Positions 42,166 to 52,320 of a DNA stretch of 64,000 bases are shown one piece after another (positions within the stretch are counted from its first letter, which is position 1; the number at the start of each line of letters is the position of its first letter). Origin of the DNA: a bacterium (GTDB taxonomy: Bacteria; Patescibacteriota; Minisyncoccia; UBA6257; 02-FULL-45-10c); contig JAUYKI010000015.1 in assembly GCA_030700025.1 (NCBI GenBank), forward strand, positions 28,623-92,622, read 5' to 3'. Both the position numbers and the translations under genes were made by a program. Under the pieces are notes generated by a model that did not search any database, was not told where the DNA came from, and was given only the letters and a program-made list of their open reading frames with translations.

Positions 42166-45100
42166 CTATTTGGTGAGAGTTTCAGAGGTCATGTTGGTAG
42201 ATGGCAAGCCCATCACGCCATAACCGTTAGTCCAGTCAAGGTTATTCAAGTACGCGGAATCGGATTCATTAGTGGAAGTAGAACGCGGTGACCACAAGAA
42301 ATCATTGTGGGTCGCATCGTTCACGCCAATTTCACCCAAGTGTCCAAAAGTACCCATATCACCGCTGACTGCGGAACCTCCTTGAATGTTAGTTGGGAAA
42401 GCGGCATCGCCTTCTAACTGAACAGACATGGATTCAGCTGTTCCGGATGGAGCAAGCGTAGCAACTGAAGCTTCTAACCGGAACCATCGGCTTTCGCCAG
42501 ACGGAATCTTGATAGTAGTAGTTGCTAAGTTGCAGCCGGTAACGTCCGGATAAATCTCAACTATAGATTGTAATCCTCCAGAAATGAAAGCTCCGGCAGT
42601 GTTTAACGCGCCGCCGCTATAGCAATTTCCGGCATTCACTAATCCACCAGGATTGTTAGCGCCGCTGAAATTACCGTCGGCAGAACTAAAGCCGGCATCA
42701 GTAAACACAAAGAGTGAGTACCGAGAAGTAGTAGCAGAAACCGTCGAAGAAGAGAAGCTGAAGGTCAACTTCGCGAGCGAAATGTCGCCGCTGTTGGCCG
42801 TCACTTTAAACTTGTAGAACGGTACCGATACTCCAGTAGTAAAGGCTCTCTCGGAAGAAGTTAAGTCAATCTTACTGAAAGAAGGATATCCTTTCGCGAT
42901 TCTTACGCCAGTAGAATCAGTAGACGCGCTAGTCGGACTTACAGTCTGACCAGACGAAACGCCTGTTCCATAGGTCGCAGTCAAGCCACCACCGCCATCG
43001 TAGTTAAGTTTCGGGAAATCACCGGATCGGGTCATAGGACCGGAAGCGGAAATTCCTGAGATTACTCCTTTAACAGTCAAAACTTTTGAACCGTCTTTAG
43101 GAACTACGAAGTTAGTGATGTTGGTTGAAGTAGCGCGGTTAGTTACACCGGCAGCTTCAGAGCCTGGGAAAGTGGCTGCGCCAACTTGAGTCGCTCCATC
43201 CCACAAAGTAACCTGTTGTCCAACTAAGTTAATAGGGGTGTTAGAAGCGGCGCCCGACATCATTAACGAAACTTGTTTCAATGAAACATCTTCGTTAGTA
43301 GCCGAGAATTTCAATTTGGCTAATTCCACAGTTTGTCCAGGAGCCACAATCATATAAGGAGCGGCAGAGTCTAACGACACGCTCATAGAACCAACAGTCG
43401 CGGCAGTCATTAACTGACCGATGTTATCGTTTTCAGTTAAAGTCGCAGTTTGGCCAGAGACCAAACCAGTTGGCGATGGAGCGGCGGTAGAATCATAACC
43501 CCAAGAATACGAACCAGTCGCGGCTGATTTAAGATCGCATTTCAATGATAACTGCTTGGAAGTGCCTTTGGTCAAAGTCAGGCCAGTGCCGTCAAAAGTG
43601 AAAGCAGTGGTAGAGCTTCGAGCCGAAGGACTTACAGCGTTGCTACCGCTGTTAAGAATGGTAACGCCATCATAAAGTTTGCAATTAGTTAAGTCAGTCG
43701 CATTGCCGGTAGTTGGGTTATATTCCAAAGGCAATGAGGTTAATCTCAAGTCTTCACCGGAAGCCGAGGTGTCTAAAATGTACCGGGCAAATTCGAACTG
43801 GTTAACACCCGCGATAACTGTCTGCGCGATTGGCACAGCAGAAACGCTAATTGTTAAGGCCGGTCCTTTTGCGGTCATTTGTTGGCCAGCAACAGCTGAG
43901 GTTGGGCTTGGAGTAATCGCATTTCCAGTAGATTGGCCAGTCGTGGTCCAAGTACTTGGCGTAGAAGAAGCCTGAAGAGTGTCGTTATTTTCAAACGCCG
44001 CTGTTCCGGCTGCTAATTTACCAACTAATTTAAAGTTGGTTACGCCAATTGGGAAGGTGATGGTATCGGTAAAGGTTAAGGATGGGCCAGTCAGAGTAGT
44101 TCCGCTAGCATCCAACGGTCCAGCCAATACTTTTCCGGATTCATCTACGATTTTAACATTGTCCAAATCATTCATACCAAGGCCAGTGGTTCCACCGGCG
44201 TCTTCAGTAAGAAGTAATTGGAACTTCATGTTGCTAACCGAGATGGCTTCACCCTTAACTTCAACAGACCAACCACCTAATGGCTGATCGGCCAAGTTAA
44301 CGGCGATGTTCTGAGCCGCCACGGTATTCCAGGAGCTGACGCTCATGGTTCCGGTGCTGATCGTAACTTGAGCAGCATCATACCATGGGTCTTCAACGTT
44401 GCTGAAAGCCGCAGTGTCATCAGTCGGATCAGTAGCGCCAGTTTGCGGAGGAACAATTCCATAGCCATAGGTTTCGCCTACGACGAAGAGATCAGTTCTT
44501 TTCGCAAGATCAAAGTCTACAGTCCGGGAAGAACCGCTAACAACATCTCCCTTAACAACGATTTCTTTGTTGAAACCCTTGTCCATTAAGATGCCGCTGC
44601 CAGGAAAGACGGTTGAATAATATTTGCCGTCAGAGCTGACCACGGTGTCATAGGAAACGCCGTCCACGATAGTCTTCACATTTTCCAAGTCTGCTTTACC
44701 AGCAGAACCAGTCTGATTCCATCGGATAGATTTAACATAAATCTTTTCCGCGGAGCCAGCAGTTACTTTTACAGACGAAAAGACATAGCCCGTAGTGCCG
44801 ATTTCTTTTGTCTGGCTAGAACCTGGATCCAATGGGCCACGAGCCATAGTAACGCTACCAATTGTTAAGGTTTCGTTAATAGTGTGGGTCGTGCCAACCA
44901 ATGGGGTGCCAAAGACGCTAGCAGAAGTATTTACCGCTGTAACGCGTAAGGCCAAAGTCTGACCGCCATAAGAACCACCGACTGCAGCGCGGTTAGCAGC
45001 TACAACGACGGATACGGTTTGGCCAGCCTTTACTACAAATGTTTCGCCAACATTTGCTTTGTGTTCAGAGTTCAAGGTCTTTTTAATACCAAGCTGATTG

Positions 45101-45801
45101 CCCACGGAGTCTAACAAGAGAACGCCATCTAATGCGGCGTCCGCAGCAAGACCAATTCTTTCCACGGTCAAAGAGTTAACAGTTACATCGCCATCGGCAG
45201 ATGCAGTTAACAAAACTTTAGTGAAAGGAATTCGTGCGGCATCACCAGGAGCCAAGCTGGAAACTGGCTGATCGGAAGCTAAGCTTACGGTCAAACCGGA
45301 ACCGGCTGGGACTGGAGCTGGGGTGGTAGTGCCAGGAACAGTAACAACACCGCCAGCCATTGAATTATATTTGGCCTGCGAAAGCGGACCAAAATAACCA
45401 ACTGCTGGAACAACGCCGTTAGCGGCCTGCCACTTTGCAACCGCTGCTCTGGTTAAAGAACCAAAGTAGGTAGATTCATTGCCAACCGAACCAGCGCCGC
45501 TTGCCGCAACCGCGTGTCCAGCAGCGTTCAAGTATTTCTGTAAGCAACGGACATCTTCACCCGTGAAGCCCACTGTGAGGGAGCGAGTCCATGAGCAAGC
45601 GCCTGCTACTACAGTACTTGGAGTTCCGGACAACTGCGCTTGCAAAGCAGTAATCTGCGTAAGCAAGGCGTTGATTTGAGCTTGCAATTCTTCTACGGTT
45701 GCACCATAAGCGACTGGCAACAAAGCGCCAGCGCCAGAAAGTGAAACGACTGTAGCAACAGATACTACAGTTGTAGAAATTTTTGTAAGTAATTTACTCA
45801 T
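42166..45801 (-). CDS. large secreted S-layer-like/cell-surface protein with N-terminal peptidoglycan-binding-like domain
   Basis: Signal peptide, coiled coil, LQKYLN...YFGSLTRAAVAKWQ...GYFGP, then >1000 aa of Thr/Ser/Gly-rich beta-type sequence. Start taken at MSKLL (45801). Confidence 0.75.
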   Translation of the reverse strand: MSKLLTKISTTVVSVATVVSLSGAGALLPVAYGATVEELQAQINALLTQITALQAQLSGTPSTVVAGACSWTRSLTVGFTGEDVRCLQKYLNAAGHAVAASGAGSVGNESTYFGSLTRAAVAKWQAANGVVPAVGYFGPLSQAKYNSMAGGVVTVPGTTTPAPVPAGSGLTVSLASDQPVSSLAPGDAARIPFTKVLLTASADGDVTVNSLTVERIGLAADAALDGVLLLDSVGNQLGIKKTLNSEHKANVGETFVVKAGQTVSVVVAANRAAVGGSYGGQTLALRVTAVNTSASVFGTPLVGTTHTINETLTIGSVTMARGPLDPGSSQTKEIGTTGYVFSSVKVTAGSAEKIYVKSIRWNQTGSAGKADLENVKTIVDGVSYDTVVSSDGKYYSTVFPGSGILMDKGFNKEIVVKGDVVSGSSRTVDFDLAKRTDLFVVGETYGYGIVPPQTGATDPTDDTAAFSNVEDPWYDAAQVTISTGTMSVSSWNTVAAQNIAVNLADQPLGGWSVEVKGEAISVSNMKFQLLLTEDAGGTTGLGMNDLDNVKIVDESGKVLAGPLDASGTTLTGPSLTFTDTITFPIGVTNFKLVGKLAAGTAAFENNDTLQASSTPSTWTTTGQSTGNAITPSPTSAVAGQQMTAKGPALTISVSAVPIAQTVIAGVNQFEFARYILDTSASGEDLRLTSLPLEYNPTTGNATDLTNCKLYDGVTILNSGSNAVSPSARSSTTAFTFDGTGLTLTKGTSKQLSLKCDLKSAATGSYSWGYDSTAAPSPTGLVSGQTATLTENDNIGQLMTAATVGSMSVSLDSAAPYMIVAPGQTVELAKLKFSATNEDVSLKQVSLMMSGAASNTPINLVGQQVTLWDGATQVGAATFPGSEAAGVTNRATSTNITNFVVPKDGSKVLTVKGVISGISASGPMTRSGDFPKLNYDGGGGLTATYGTGVSSGQTVSPTSASTDSTGVRIAKGYPSFSKIDLTSSERAFTTGVSVPFYKFKVTANSGDISLAKLTFSFSSSTVSATTSRYSLFVFTDAGFSSADGNFSGANNPGGLVNAGNCYSGGALNTAGAFISGGLQSIVEIYPDVTGCNLATTTIKIPSGESRWFRLEASVATLAPSGTAESMSVQLEGDAAFPTNIQGGSAVSGDMGTFGHLGEIGVNDATHNDFLWSPRSTSTNESDSAYLNNLDWTNGYGVMGLPSTNMTSETLTK

Positions 45802-45813
45802 AATTTTATTATT

Positions 45814-46082
45814 GTCCTCTCTGTACAAATGTTTCCACTAAATTGAAATCTTTGGTTTTATATTAAGTTCAAGGCGCGAGGAGGAAATCGTAGCTATGCT
45901 ACCTTTCCGACGAGCAACGATGAAATTGATGTAAAATCAAGATTCCCGAAGGGTAAGGAAATTTTCTGAAATTCCTTCGTTATTTCTCCTCAACGTGGCG
46001 TACGCCACAGCTTCGTCGAAACGCCTTGGAATTTCAGAAAATTTCTCTTATCAATTTGTGAAAATATTTGTACAGAGAGGAC
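45814..46082. mobile_element. ~269-bp structured MITE/REPIN-like element with 17-bp terminal inverted repeats
   Basis: gtcctctctgtacaaat (45814-45830) pairs with atttgtacagagaggac (46066-46082). Two internal arms are joined by ttcccgaaggg. Confidence 0.7.
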
Positions 46083-46427
46083 TTGTCCTTTCTCCTTCTT
46101 AAACAACTTTATCGACTTAGCGGCCTAAGAAGAAGCTTATTATTATTTATTAATTATTTTTTAATTTCAAAAATTATTTCTCCCGCTGTTCCCCTTGTCG
46201 ACCATCGACTTTTAACTTTCGATAATCGACTTAGAGGACCGACCTCAACAAAAGAATAATTTCCCAATATCAATGTTAAATTTTTTGTTAATGCTTCGTG
46301 AGGGAAACTATCAACAAAAAATCTCGCTTGGAGCGAGACTAAATAAACCCTTAATAAACCTTTGCCAGTCAGCAAAATCGCTGACTGATAAAAACTTATA
46401 ACGGATTCAGCCTCACTCTGAATCTCT

Positions 46428-46461
46428 GTGACATCAAATGATGTCACTTATTATTATATCA
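46428..46461 (-). promoter_or_regulatory. extended -10 promoter (TGaTATAAT) and adjacent palindrome upstream of the surface-protein gene
   Basis: Plus-strand attatatca 46453-46461; gtgacatca-aa-tgatgtcac 46428-46447. Confidence 0.45.
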
Positions 46462-46544
46462 AATATTCAATTCTGATAAGCCTTTTTCTGTGCATAACTG
46501 GGTTTAGGCTTACGTAGAAATATAACGAATCTGCCCTATTCCTG

Positions 46545-47297
46545 TTACGACTTCAGCTGATAATACGTAGCTGGCCCGCCATTGCCAATTCTCTCCACCA
46601 CCCCCTGCTCGGCCAACCGCTGTAAGTCGTATCGCAGGGTTCTTTCGCTAACGTGTGGAAATTCAGTTATTAAATCCTTCAATCGGCAGCCGATTCCGTT
46701 GCCAGATTTGATCCTATCCATAATTGCCGATTGCCGAATTGCCATATTAACGCCGTTGCCGTTGCCGTTGCCGTTTCCATTTACACTGAGCGTAGTCGAA
46801 GCGTTGCCGTTTTCATGATAGCCATTACTACCCTCTTTAATTTCAAAGGTTTCATCCGGCAATGCCATTGGTAAACTAGATACGCCGTTCCATGATTCAG
46901 ATTTCATTAAGCTGGCAACCGGCAACGGCTGTTGCGAAGGCATTGCCGTAAACAAAGATTCTAATTTCGGCAGTTCCTGATCTACATTGCCGAATTGCCG
47001 GATTGCCGAATGGAAAGTATTTAACTCTTTAATTAAGATCGTCGCGTTAACTGGCTCAACTTCATAAAGCGAATGGCCAACCCGAACCAGGGAGTCTAAT
47101 GCCGCAATGTTCTTAAACACCGCCTGAACCATGCCCTTGTCGGTAATATCAATGCTGGCGCAAGCCATATTTTCTAAAAGCTCAAAAGCCGAGCGCTCCA
47201 GGCGATGCTTCAATTCCGGGCGCTTAACATAAAAAGACACCTTGACTAAGGCGTAGCAAATTTCCCGCGCTTTCTGCTTAAGAGACTCCGAAGACAT
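46545..47297 (-). CDS. helical N-terminal domain plus C-terminal DeoR-like winged HTH protein
   Basis: VSERTLRYDLQRL...GVVERIG.G..T.Y; low-complexity GNGNG linker. Confidence 0.7.
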   Translation of the reverse strand: MSSESLKQKAREICYALVKVSFYVKRPELKHRLERSAFELLENMACASIDITDKGMVQAVFKNIAALDSLVRVGHSLYEVEPVNATILIKELNTFHSAIRQFGNVDQELPKLESLFTAMPSQQPLPVASLMKSESWNGVSSLPMALPDETFEIKEGSNGYHENGNASTTLSVNGNGNGNGNGVNMAIRQSAIMDRIKSGNGIGCRLKDLITEFPHVSERTLRYDLQRLAEQGVVERIGNGGPATYYQLKS

Positions 47298-47408
47298 TAG
47301 TAACTAGTCTAAATCAAAAATTAAGCCGGTGTCAATCCCTCGTGTAACTTTACTTAAATAAATATTTATTTTACAATAACTACGCTCATTAACAATTGGG
47401 GATAAAAA

Positions 47409-48284
47409 ATGCTCAATCCTCCGGTAACCCGCGAACGGTTTATGGAAATCTTGCCTTATATTTGCGATGAAGAAACCAGCTCTGATCCGGCCGGCTGGAG
47501 AAAAGAAAATCCTCTTTGGGGGCAATGCGCGGTCGTTTCCTTGCTGGCCCAAAATATTTTTGGCGGCGAACTGTTGCGCGCCTCGTTAAGCGGAACTCCC
47601 TTCGCCGAAATGCGTTCGCATTATTGGAACGTTTTTTCCGACAAAACTATGGAAGATTTTACCGCCGGCCAATTTAAGGAAAGTTATCCGATAACCGGCG
47701 ATATGGTAATTGAAACCCGATCCCGTCAATCTGTTCTGTTTCATCCGATAACCGGCCAACCTCAAGAAATAATGAAAAGATATAAACGGCTGGCTTGGAA
47801 ATTTGCCCGAGATATTTATCCCAATAACGCCTTGCTGGAAAATCGGACTTACGAGGAATGCTTTAACGAGGCGCTGGAATCTACCTGCCAAAAAATGTGG
47901 TTTGGCTGCGTTGTCCGCCACCGCGGCGGAATAATCGCCCAAACCCACAATCAAGCGGTTCCGGAATTGCAATGCCTCTGCGAACCAACTTGTACTGAAC
48001 CTATACTGGGCGCCTGCGGCCACGCCGAAGAATTCGCCATCTGGGAAGCCGTACAGAAAAAGATTCCCCTGTCAGAATGCGATTTGTTCATTGCCGGATT
48101 TTTTACCAATGGCTTGCCTTGGCTGAAAACCCAGGCCGAATATACCTGCCTCCGCTGCGCAGTTCAAATGAAGATGGCCGGAGTAGAATCCATCTGGGTG
48201 CCGGTCCAAAATCACTGGGAAATGATCTCCCCCGCTGAAGCTCTAAAAGGAGCCATAACCAAACAAAAGGAGGCAGGGTCATGA
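47409..48284 (+). CDS. YunG-like domain fused to a cytidine/dCMP deaminase-like domain
   Basis: GQCAVVSL...FGGE...HYWN...DFT.GQF; then STC...FGCVV, HAEE, CLRC. Confidence 0.65.
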   Translation: MLNPPVTRERFMEILPYICDEETSSDPAGWRKENPLWGQCAVVSLLAQNIFGGELLRASLSGTPFAEMRSHYWNVFSDKTMEDFTAGQFKESYPITGDMVIETRSRQSVLFHPITGQPQEIMKRYKRLAWKFARDIYPNNALLENRTYEECFNEALESTCQKMWFGCVVRHRGGIIAQTHNQAVPELQCLCEPTCTEPILGACGHAEEFAIWEAVQKKIPLSECDLFIAGFFTNGLPWLKTQAEYTCLRCAVQMKMAGVESIWVPVQNHWEMISPAEALKGAITKQKEAGS

Positions 48285-48781
48285 AGCGCGTAATTCTGGA
48301 AAGTCCGTTTGCCGGAGAAGTTGAAAGAAATATCCAATATGCCCGGCTTTGCCTGCGGGATTGCCTAAAAAGAGGCGAGGCTCCGATTGCCAGCCATCTA
48401 TTATATACGCAACCCGGCGTGCTCGATGACGACCAGCCAGAAGAACGGCGATTAGGAATAGAAGCGGGGTTAGTCTGGGGATCGTTGGCTGAAATGACCG
48501 TAGTCTACGCGGACTTTGGAATCTCTAAAGGAATGCAATATGGCATTGACCACGCTAAACAAGAAGCCCGGCCAGTAGAAATCCGCTATCTGTCCATAGA
48601 TGTTGTGATGAACCTCGCTAAGAGGTTTGCCATGACTATTTGCGACGGCTGTAATGTAAATGCGCCATTTGAACACCGCTGTCACGGAGATAGAGCATTT
48701 ATTAACGGAGAAAGAAAGCCATTTAAGTCCTGCGAATGCCCGATTTGCCGAGAGCAAGAACGAATCATTAACCAAAAATAA
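48281..48781 (+). CDS. nucleoside deoxyribosyltransferase-like domain protein with a C-terminal Cys/His Zn-finger
   Basis: ILESPFAG...N..YAR......GEAPIASHLLY...GISKGM..GI; CDGC...HRC...CECPIC. ATGA overlap with the upstream gene. Confidence 0.55.
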   Translation: MKRVILESPFAGEVERNIQYARLCLRDCLKRGEAPIASHLLYTQPGVLDDDQPEERRLGIEAGLVWGSLAEMTVVYADFGISKGMQYGIDHAKQEARPVEIRYLSIDVVMNLAKRFAMTICDGCNVNAPFEHRCHGDRAFINGERKPFKSCECPICREQERIINQK

Positions 48782-48864
48782 AACCCTGACTTTTAAATCG
48801 AGGCTTGTCCCCTACATAATTTATGTGGGGGATTTTTAATTTAAAACAAATTTTCGCGTTAATC

Positions 48865-49596
48865 CTATCTAATCCCCCACTGGGTAGTCGCGAAAATCAA
48901 AATTAACAGCAATATAAATATAGTAAAGTGCCGCAAAACCAGCTGGCGGTTAATCTTTCCCTGGAAATGATGCCGGGCGAAATCAAACAGAATATAAGCG
49001 ATTAGTGTCATCAAGCTGGCGGAATTAACCGGCCCCAAAGGCAACAACGCCACCGCCCACAAAAACTGTAAAACTATAAAAGCCAGCGCCAGCGCCATCA
49101 AGGCCGGCCGTTTGATGAATTTCACCAAAGAGTCCTCCGGCGGCAAAAACCATTCCCGCAGAATCAGCCAAGCTGCCAAAAATACCGCCAAATACTTAAA
49201 AAGAAACCAGGAAGACTTATCTGCCAGAAAAAACAGCAAAAACATTATATAAAATAAAAAAGTGTTCCGGACCAACAGCCATTCCGGACGCCGGATAATA
49301 ATCAGCTCCTGAATACCGACGGTTAAATAAAATAAGCCCGCGGAACCGATAAGGGCCAGAACTAAAAATAACGGGCGGTCCAGAATATTCACCAGCGCGG
49401 CCGAAACGAACAAAAAAACCAAAAAAGAGGCCTGAGCGCCGCGCGCCATCATAAAAACCGCCCAAAGAAAAAATAAAATCGGAAGAATCCCGAAATCTCC
49501 CAATTTTAACAAAAACAAAAAGCCCGCGAAAATCGCGCTCTTAAGAACTAATAGTGACTGCGGCTTCCGTAAAATTAACTTTAATTTTGCCTCCAT
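48865..49596 (-). CDS. multi-TM hypothetical membrane protein
   Basis: Continuous hydrophobic helices; overlaps the clpB 3' end. Confidence 0.6.
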   Translation of the reverse strand: MEAKLKLILRKPQSLLVLKSAIFAGFLFLLKLGDFGILPILFFLWAVFMMARGAQASFLVFLFVSAALVNILDRPLFLVLALIGSAGLFYLTVGIQELIIIRRPEWLLVRNTFLFYIMFLLFFLADKSSWFLFKYLAVFLAAWLILREWFLPPEDSLVKFIKRPALMALALAFIVLQFLWAVALLPLGPVNSASLMTLIAYILFDFARHHFQGKINRQLVLRHFTIFILLLILIFATTQWGIR

Positions 49597-52180
49597 GTTT
49601 TAACTGGCCTCTTATAATCTTATCAGCCATTTTATCTAAAATCATCTTTTGGATTAAACGCCGGATCGGCCGAGCTCCGTATTCGGGGCTAAATCCGTTT
49701 TCTACCAAATAATCTTTTAAGGATTGGGTGAATTCTACCTTAAATCCTTTACCGGAAAACTTCGCCATGGCTTGTTCCAGCTGGAGAGTAACAATCTTTT
49801 CAATATTCTTTTTGGTTAAAGGATTGAAAACAATGACATCGTCTATTCGGTTCAAAAATTCCGGCTTAAACTGCTCGCGCAAAGCATCCTGGACTTTATT
49901 TTTAAATTCCCCTTCTTGATGGACTAATTCAGTATCGCTAGCCGCTGAAAATCCTAAATTAGACATTTGCCGGATAAAATGGCCGCCGACATTGGACGTC
50001 ATAATGATAATGGAGTTTTGAAAATTAACTACCCGCCCCTTGCTGTCGGTTAAACGGCCGTTATCCAAAACCTGCAATAAAATATTGAAGACATCCGAAT
50101 GAGCTTTTTCAATTTCGTCAAAAAGAATCACGCTATAAGGCCGATGCCGGAGGATTTCCGTCAGCTGTCCGCCTTCTTCAAACCCAACATAGCCCGGCGG
50201 CGAACCGATCATTTTGGAAACCGCGTGCTTTTCCATATATTCCGACATATCCAAGCGCACCAAGGCCTTTTCATCGTTAAACATAAATTCCGCCAACGCC
50301 CGCGCCAATTCAGTCTTGCCAACGCCGGTCGGCCCTAAAAACATAAATGATCCTGAAGGCTTATTTTCATCGGAAAGTCCGGCTCTGGCCCGTCGCAAAG
50401 CATTCGCCACCGCGCTAATCGCTTCTTCCTGGCCGATTACTCTTTTCCCCAGAACTTCCTCGATCCTGGTTAATTTATCGGCTTCCGTTTCCAGCATCCG
50501 GGTCACCGGAATGCCGGTCCAGCGAGAAACCACCGAAGCAATATCTTCTTCGTCTACTTTCTCCTTCAAAAATTTGCTTTCCGAAGAAGCTGATTTTTCC
50601 GCTCGCCCAAAATGCTTTTTTTCAAAAACTTTGTATTCCTTTTCCGCCACCGGCAATTCGCCGTAAAGTATCCGGGCAACTTTTTCTAAATCGCCTTCCC
50701 GCTCCGCCACTTCCGCTTGCCGCCGCAAATCATCAATCTTCTTCCGAAAATTATGCAAATTCTCAAAAGTAATTTTTTCTCCGTGCCAGCGTGCCGAAAC
50801 ATCATCATTATTTTCTTTTAACTTAACCAGTTCTTGGTTGATTTCTTTCAGGCGTTTTTTGCCGGCCGTACTTTGTTCTTTAGCTAAAGCGGATTTTTCT
50901 ATTTCCAGCTTGGTTATTTCCCTACGCAACCGGTCAATTTCCCTCGGCAGGCTTTCGCTTTCCAATCGCCGGGCCGCCGCCGCTTCATCAATCAAATCAA
51001 CGGCCTTATCCGGCAAAAAACGGTCCGAAATATAACGAGCCGATAAATTGACAGCGGCAATCAACGCTTCGTCGCTGATCCGCAAGCCATGATGGATTTC
51101 ATATTTTTCTTTCAAGCCCCGCAAAATCGTAACACTGTCTTCAATCGTCGGCTCTTCCACGTGAATCGGCTGAAAGCGCCGCTCCAAAGCCGGGTCTTTT
51201 TCAAAATGCTTCTGATATTCTTTTAAAGTAGTCGCGCCAACGGCATGCAATTCTCCGCGCGCTAAAGCCGGTTTTAACAAATTAGAAGCGTCCACCGCTC
51301 CTTCGGCCGCACCGGCGCCGACAATCATATGAATTTCGTCTATGAATAAAATTAACCGGCCGGCGGAATTCTGGATTTCTTTTATAAATGCTTTTAAACG
51401 GTCTTCAAATTCGCCGCGGAATTTCGTGCCGGCAATTAAAGAACCGATATCCAGCATAATAATTTCTTTGTCTTTTAACGGCTCCGGAACATCGCCAGAC
51501 ACAATTCTCTGCGCCAGGCCTTCCACAATCGCGGTCTTGCCAACGCCCGGCTCGCCGATTAAAACTGGATTATTTTTGGTCCGGCGGGACAAAACCTGGA
51601 TCACTCTCCGCAATTCTTCCTCCCGGCCGATTACCGGATCTAATTTTCCTTCTTTCGCCCGATCCGTAAGATTAATGGCGTATTTATCCAATACCTGGAA
51701 TTTGCTTTCCGGGGTTTCATCCGTTACCCGCGTAGATCCGCGCAATTGCGCTAAAATCCGCAAAGCCATATCTTTTTTCAAACCAAGCCGTTCCAATAAA
51801 ATCTGCGCCGCGGAAGCGGTTTCTAAAATTCCCAAAAGCAAATGCTCACAGGAAATAAACTCGTCATGCTGAGCCTGGGCGATTTTTGCCGCCTTATCCA
51901 GCACGTGCATTAATTCCTGCGATAAATAAAGCTGTCCGACATTGCCGGAAGAAAATATTTTTGGCAATTTCTTCAGCTCTTCCTCAATTTGCTGGTCCAA
52001 AACAGAAATATTAATTCCGGCCTTGCCCAATAGCGGCTGAACTAAAGACTGTCCGTCGGACAAGAGCGCCGATAAAAGATGCAGCGCCTTAAACTCTCCG
52101 TGATTGCGCTGTCCGGCTAAATCCTGGGCGTTTTGCAGGGCCTCCTGCGCTTTGATTGTAAATCTATTGAAATTCTTCAT
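49541..52180 (-). CDS. clpB: ATP-dependent chaperone ClpB
   Basis: Two AAA+ modules ([16 protein letters not shown]), RRTKNNP, long coiled-coil middle domain, GARP. Confidence 0.95.
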   Translation of the reverse strand: MKNFNRFTIKAQEALQNAQDLAGQRNHGEFKALHLLSALLSDGQSLVQPLLGKAGINISVLDQQIEEELKKLPKIFSSGNVGQLYLSQELMHVLDKAAKIAQAQHDEFISCEHLLLGILETASAAQILLERLGLKKDMALRILAQLRGSTRVTDETPESKFQVLDKYAINLTDRAKEGKLDPVIGREEELRRVIQVLSRRTKNNPVLIGEPGVGKTAIVEGLAQRIVSGDVPEPLKDKEIIMLDIGSLIAGTKFRGEFEDRLKAFIKEIQNSAGRLILFIDEIHMIVGAGAAEGAVDASNLLKPALARGELHAVGATTLKEYQKHFEKDPALERRFQPIHVEEPTIEDSVTILRGLKEKYEIHHGLRISDEALIAAVNLSARYISDRFLPDKAVDLIDEAAAARRLESESLPREIDRLRREITKLEIEKSALAKEQSTAGKKRLKEINQELVKLKENNDDVSARWHGEKITFENLHNFRKKIDDLRRQAEVAEREGDLEKVARILYGELPVAEKEYKVFEKKHFGRAEKSASSESKFLKEKVDEEDIASVVSRWTGIPVTRMLETEADKLTRIEEVLGKRVIGQEEAISAVANALRRARAGLSDENKPSGSFMFLGPTGVGKTELARALAEFMFNDEKALVRLDMSEYMEKHAVSKMIGSPPGYVGFEEGGQLTEILRHRPYSVILFDEIEKAHSDVFNILLQVLDNGRLTDSKGRVVNFQNSIIIMTSNVGGHFIRQMSNLGFSAASDTELVHQEGEFKNKVQDALREQFKPEFLNRIDDVIVFNPLTKKNIEKIVTLQLEQAMAKFSGKGFKVEFTQSLKDYLVENGFSPEYGARPIRRLIQKMILDKMADKIIRGQLKHGGKIKVNFTEAAVTISS

Positions 52181-52293
52181 ACGCTTACGCTAATGAAATG
52201 CTAATATACTAATTCATACTAATAATACTAATTAAATTGGTATAATTCGCATGTATTAGTATATTGGTATTACACTATTAGATTAGCAAAAAA

Positions 52294-52320
52294 TTAGCAC
52301 TCTGTCAATGAGAGTGCTAA
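52294..52320. promoter_or_regulatory. CIRCE (HrcA operator) upstream of clpB, containing a TTGACA -35
   Basis: ttagcactc-tgtcaatga-gagtgctaa matches TTAGCACTC-N9-GAGTGCTAA exactly. Confidence 0.95.

Noticed and set aside
45802-45828. MYRED N-terminal extension of the 1220-aa ORF and the mirror ORF 46068-46259
   Set aside because: Both start inside the two arms of the same inverted repeat, so they are artefacts of the element.
46489-46497. DnaA-box-like TTATGCACA suggesting an origin
   Set aside because: It is a single box with no cluster and no dnaA/dnaN context.
50099-51872. Long antisense ORFs within clpB (also within nifS, ftsK, the surface protein and GT genes)
   Set aside because: These are shadow frames of well-supported genes with no independent motifs.
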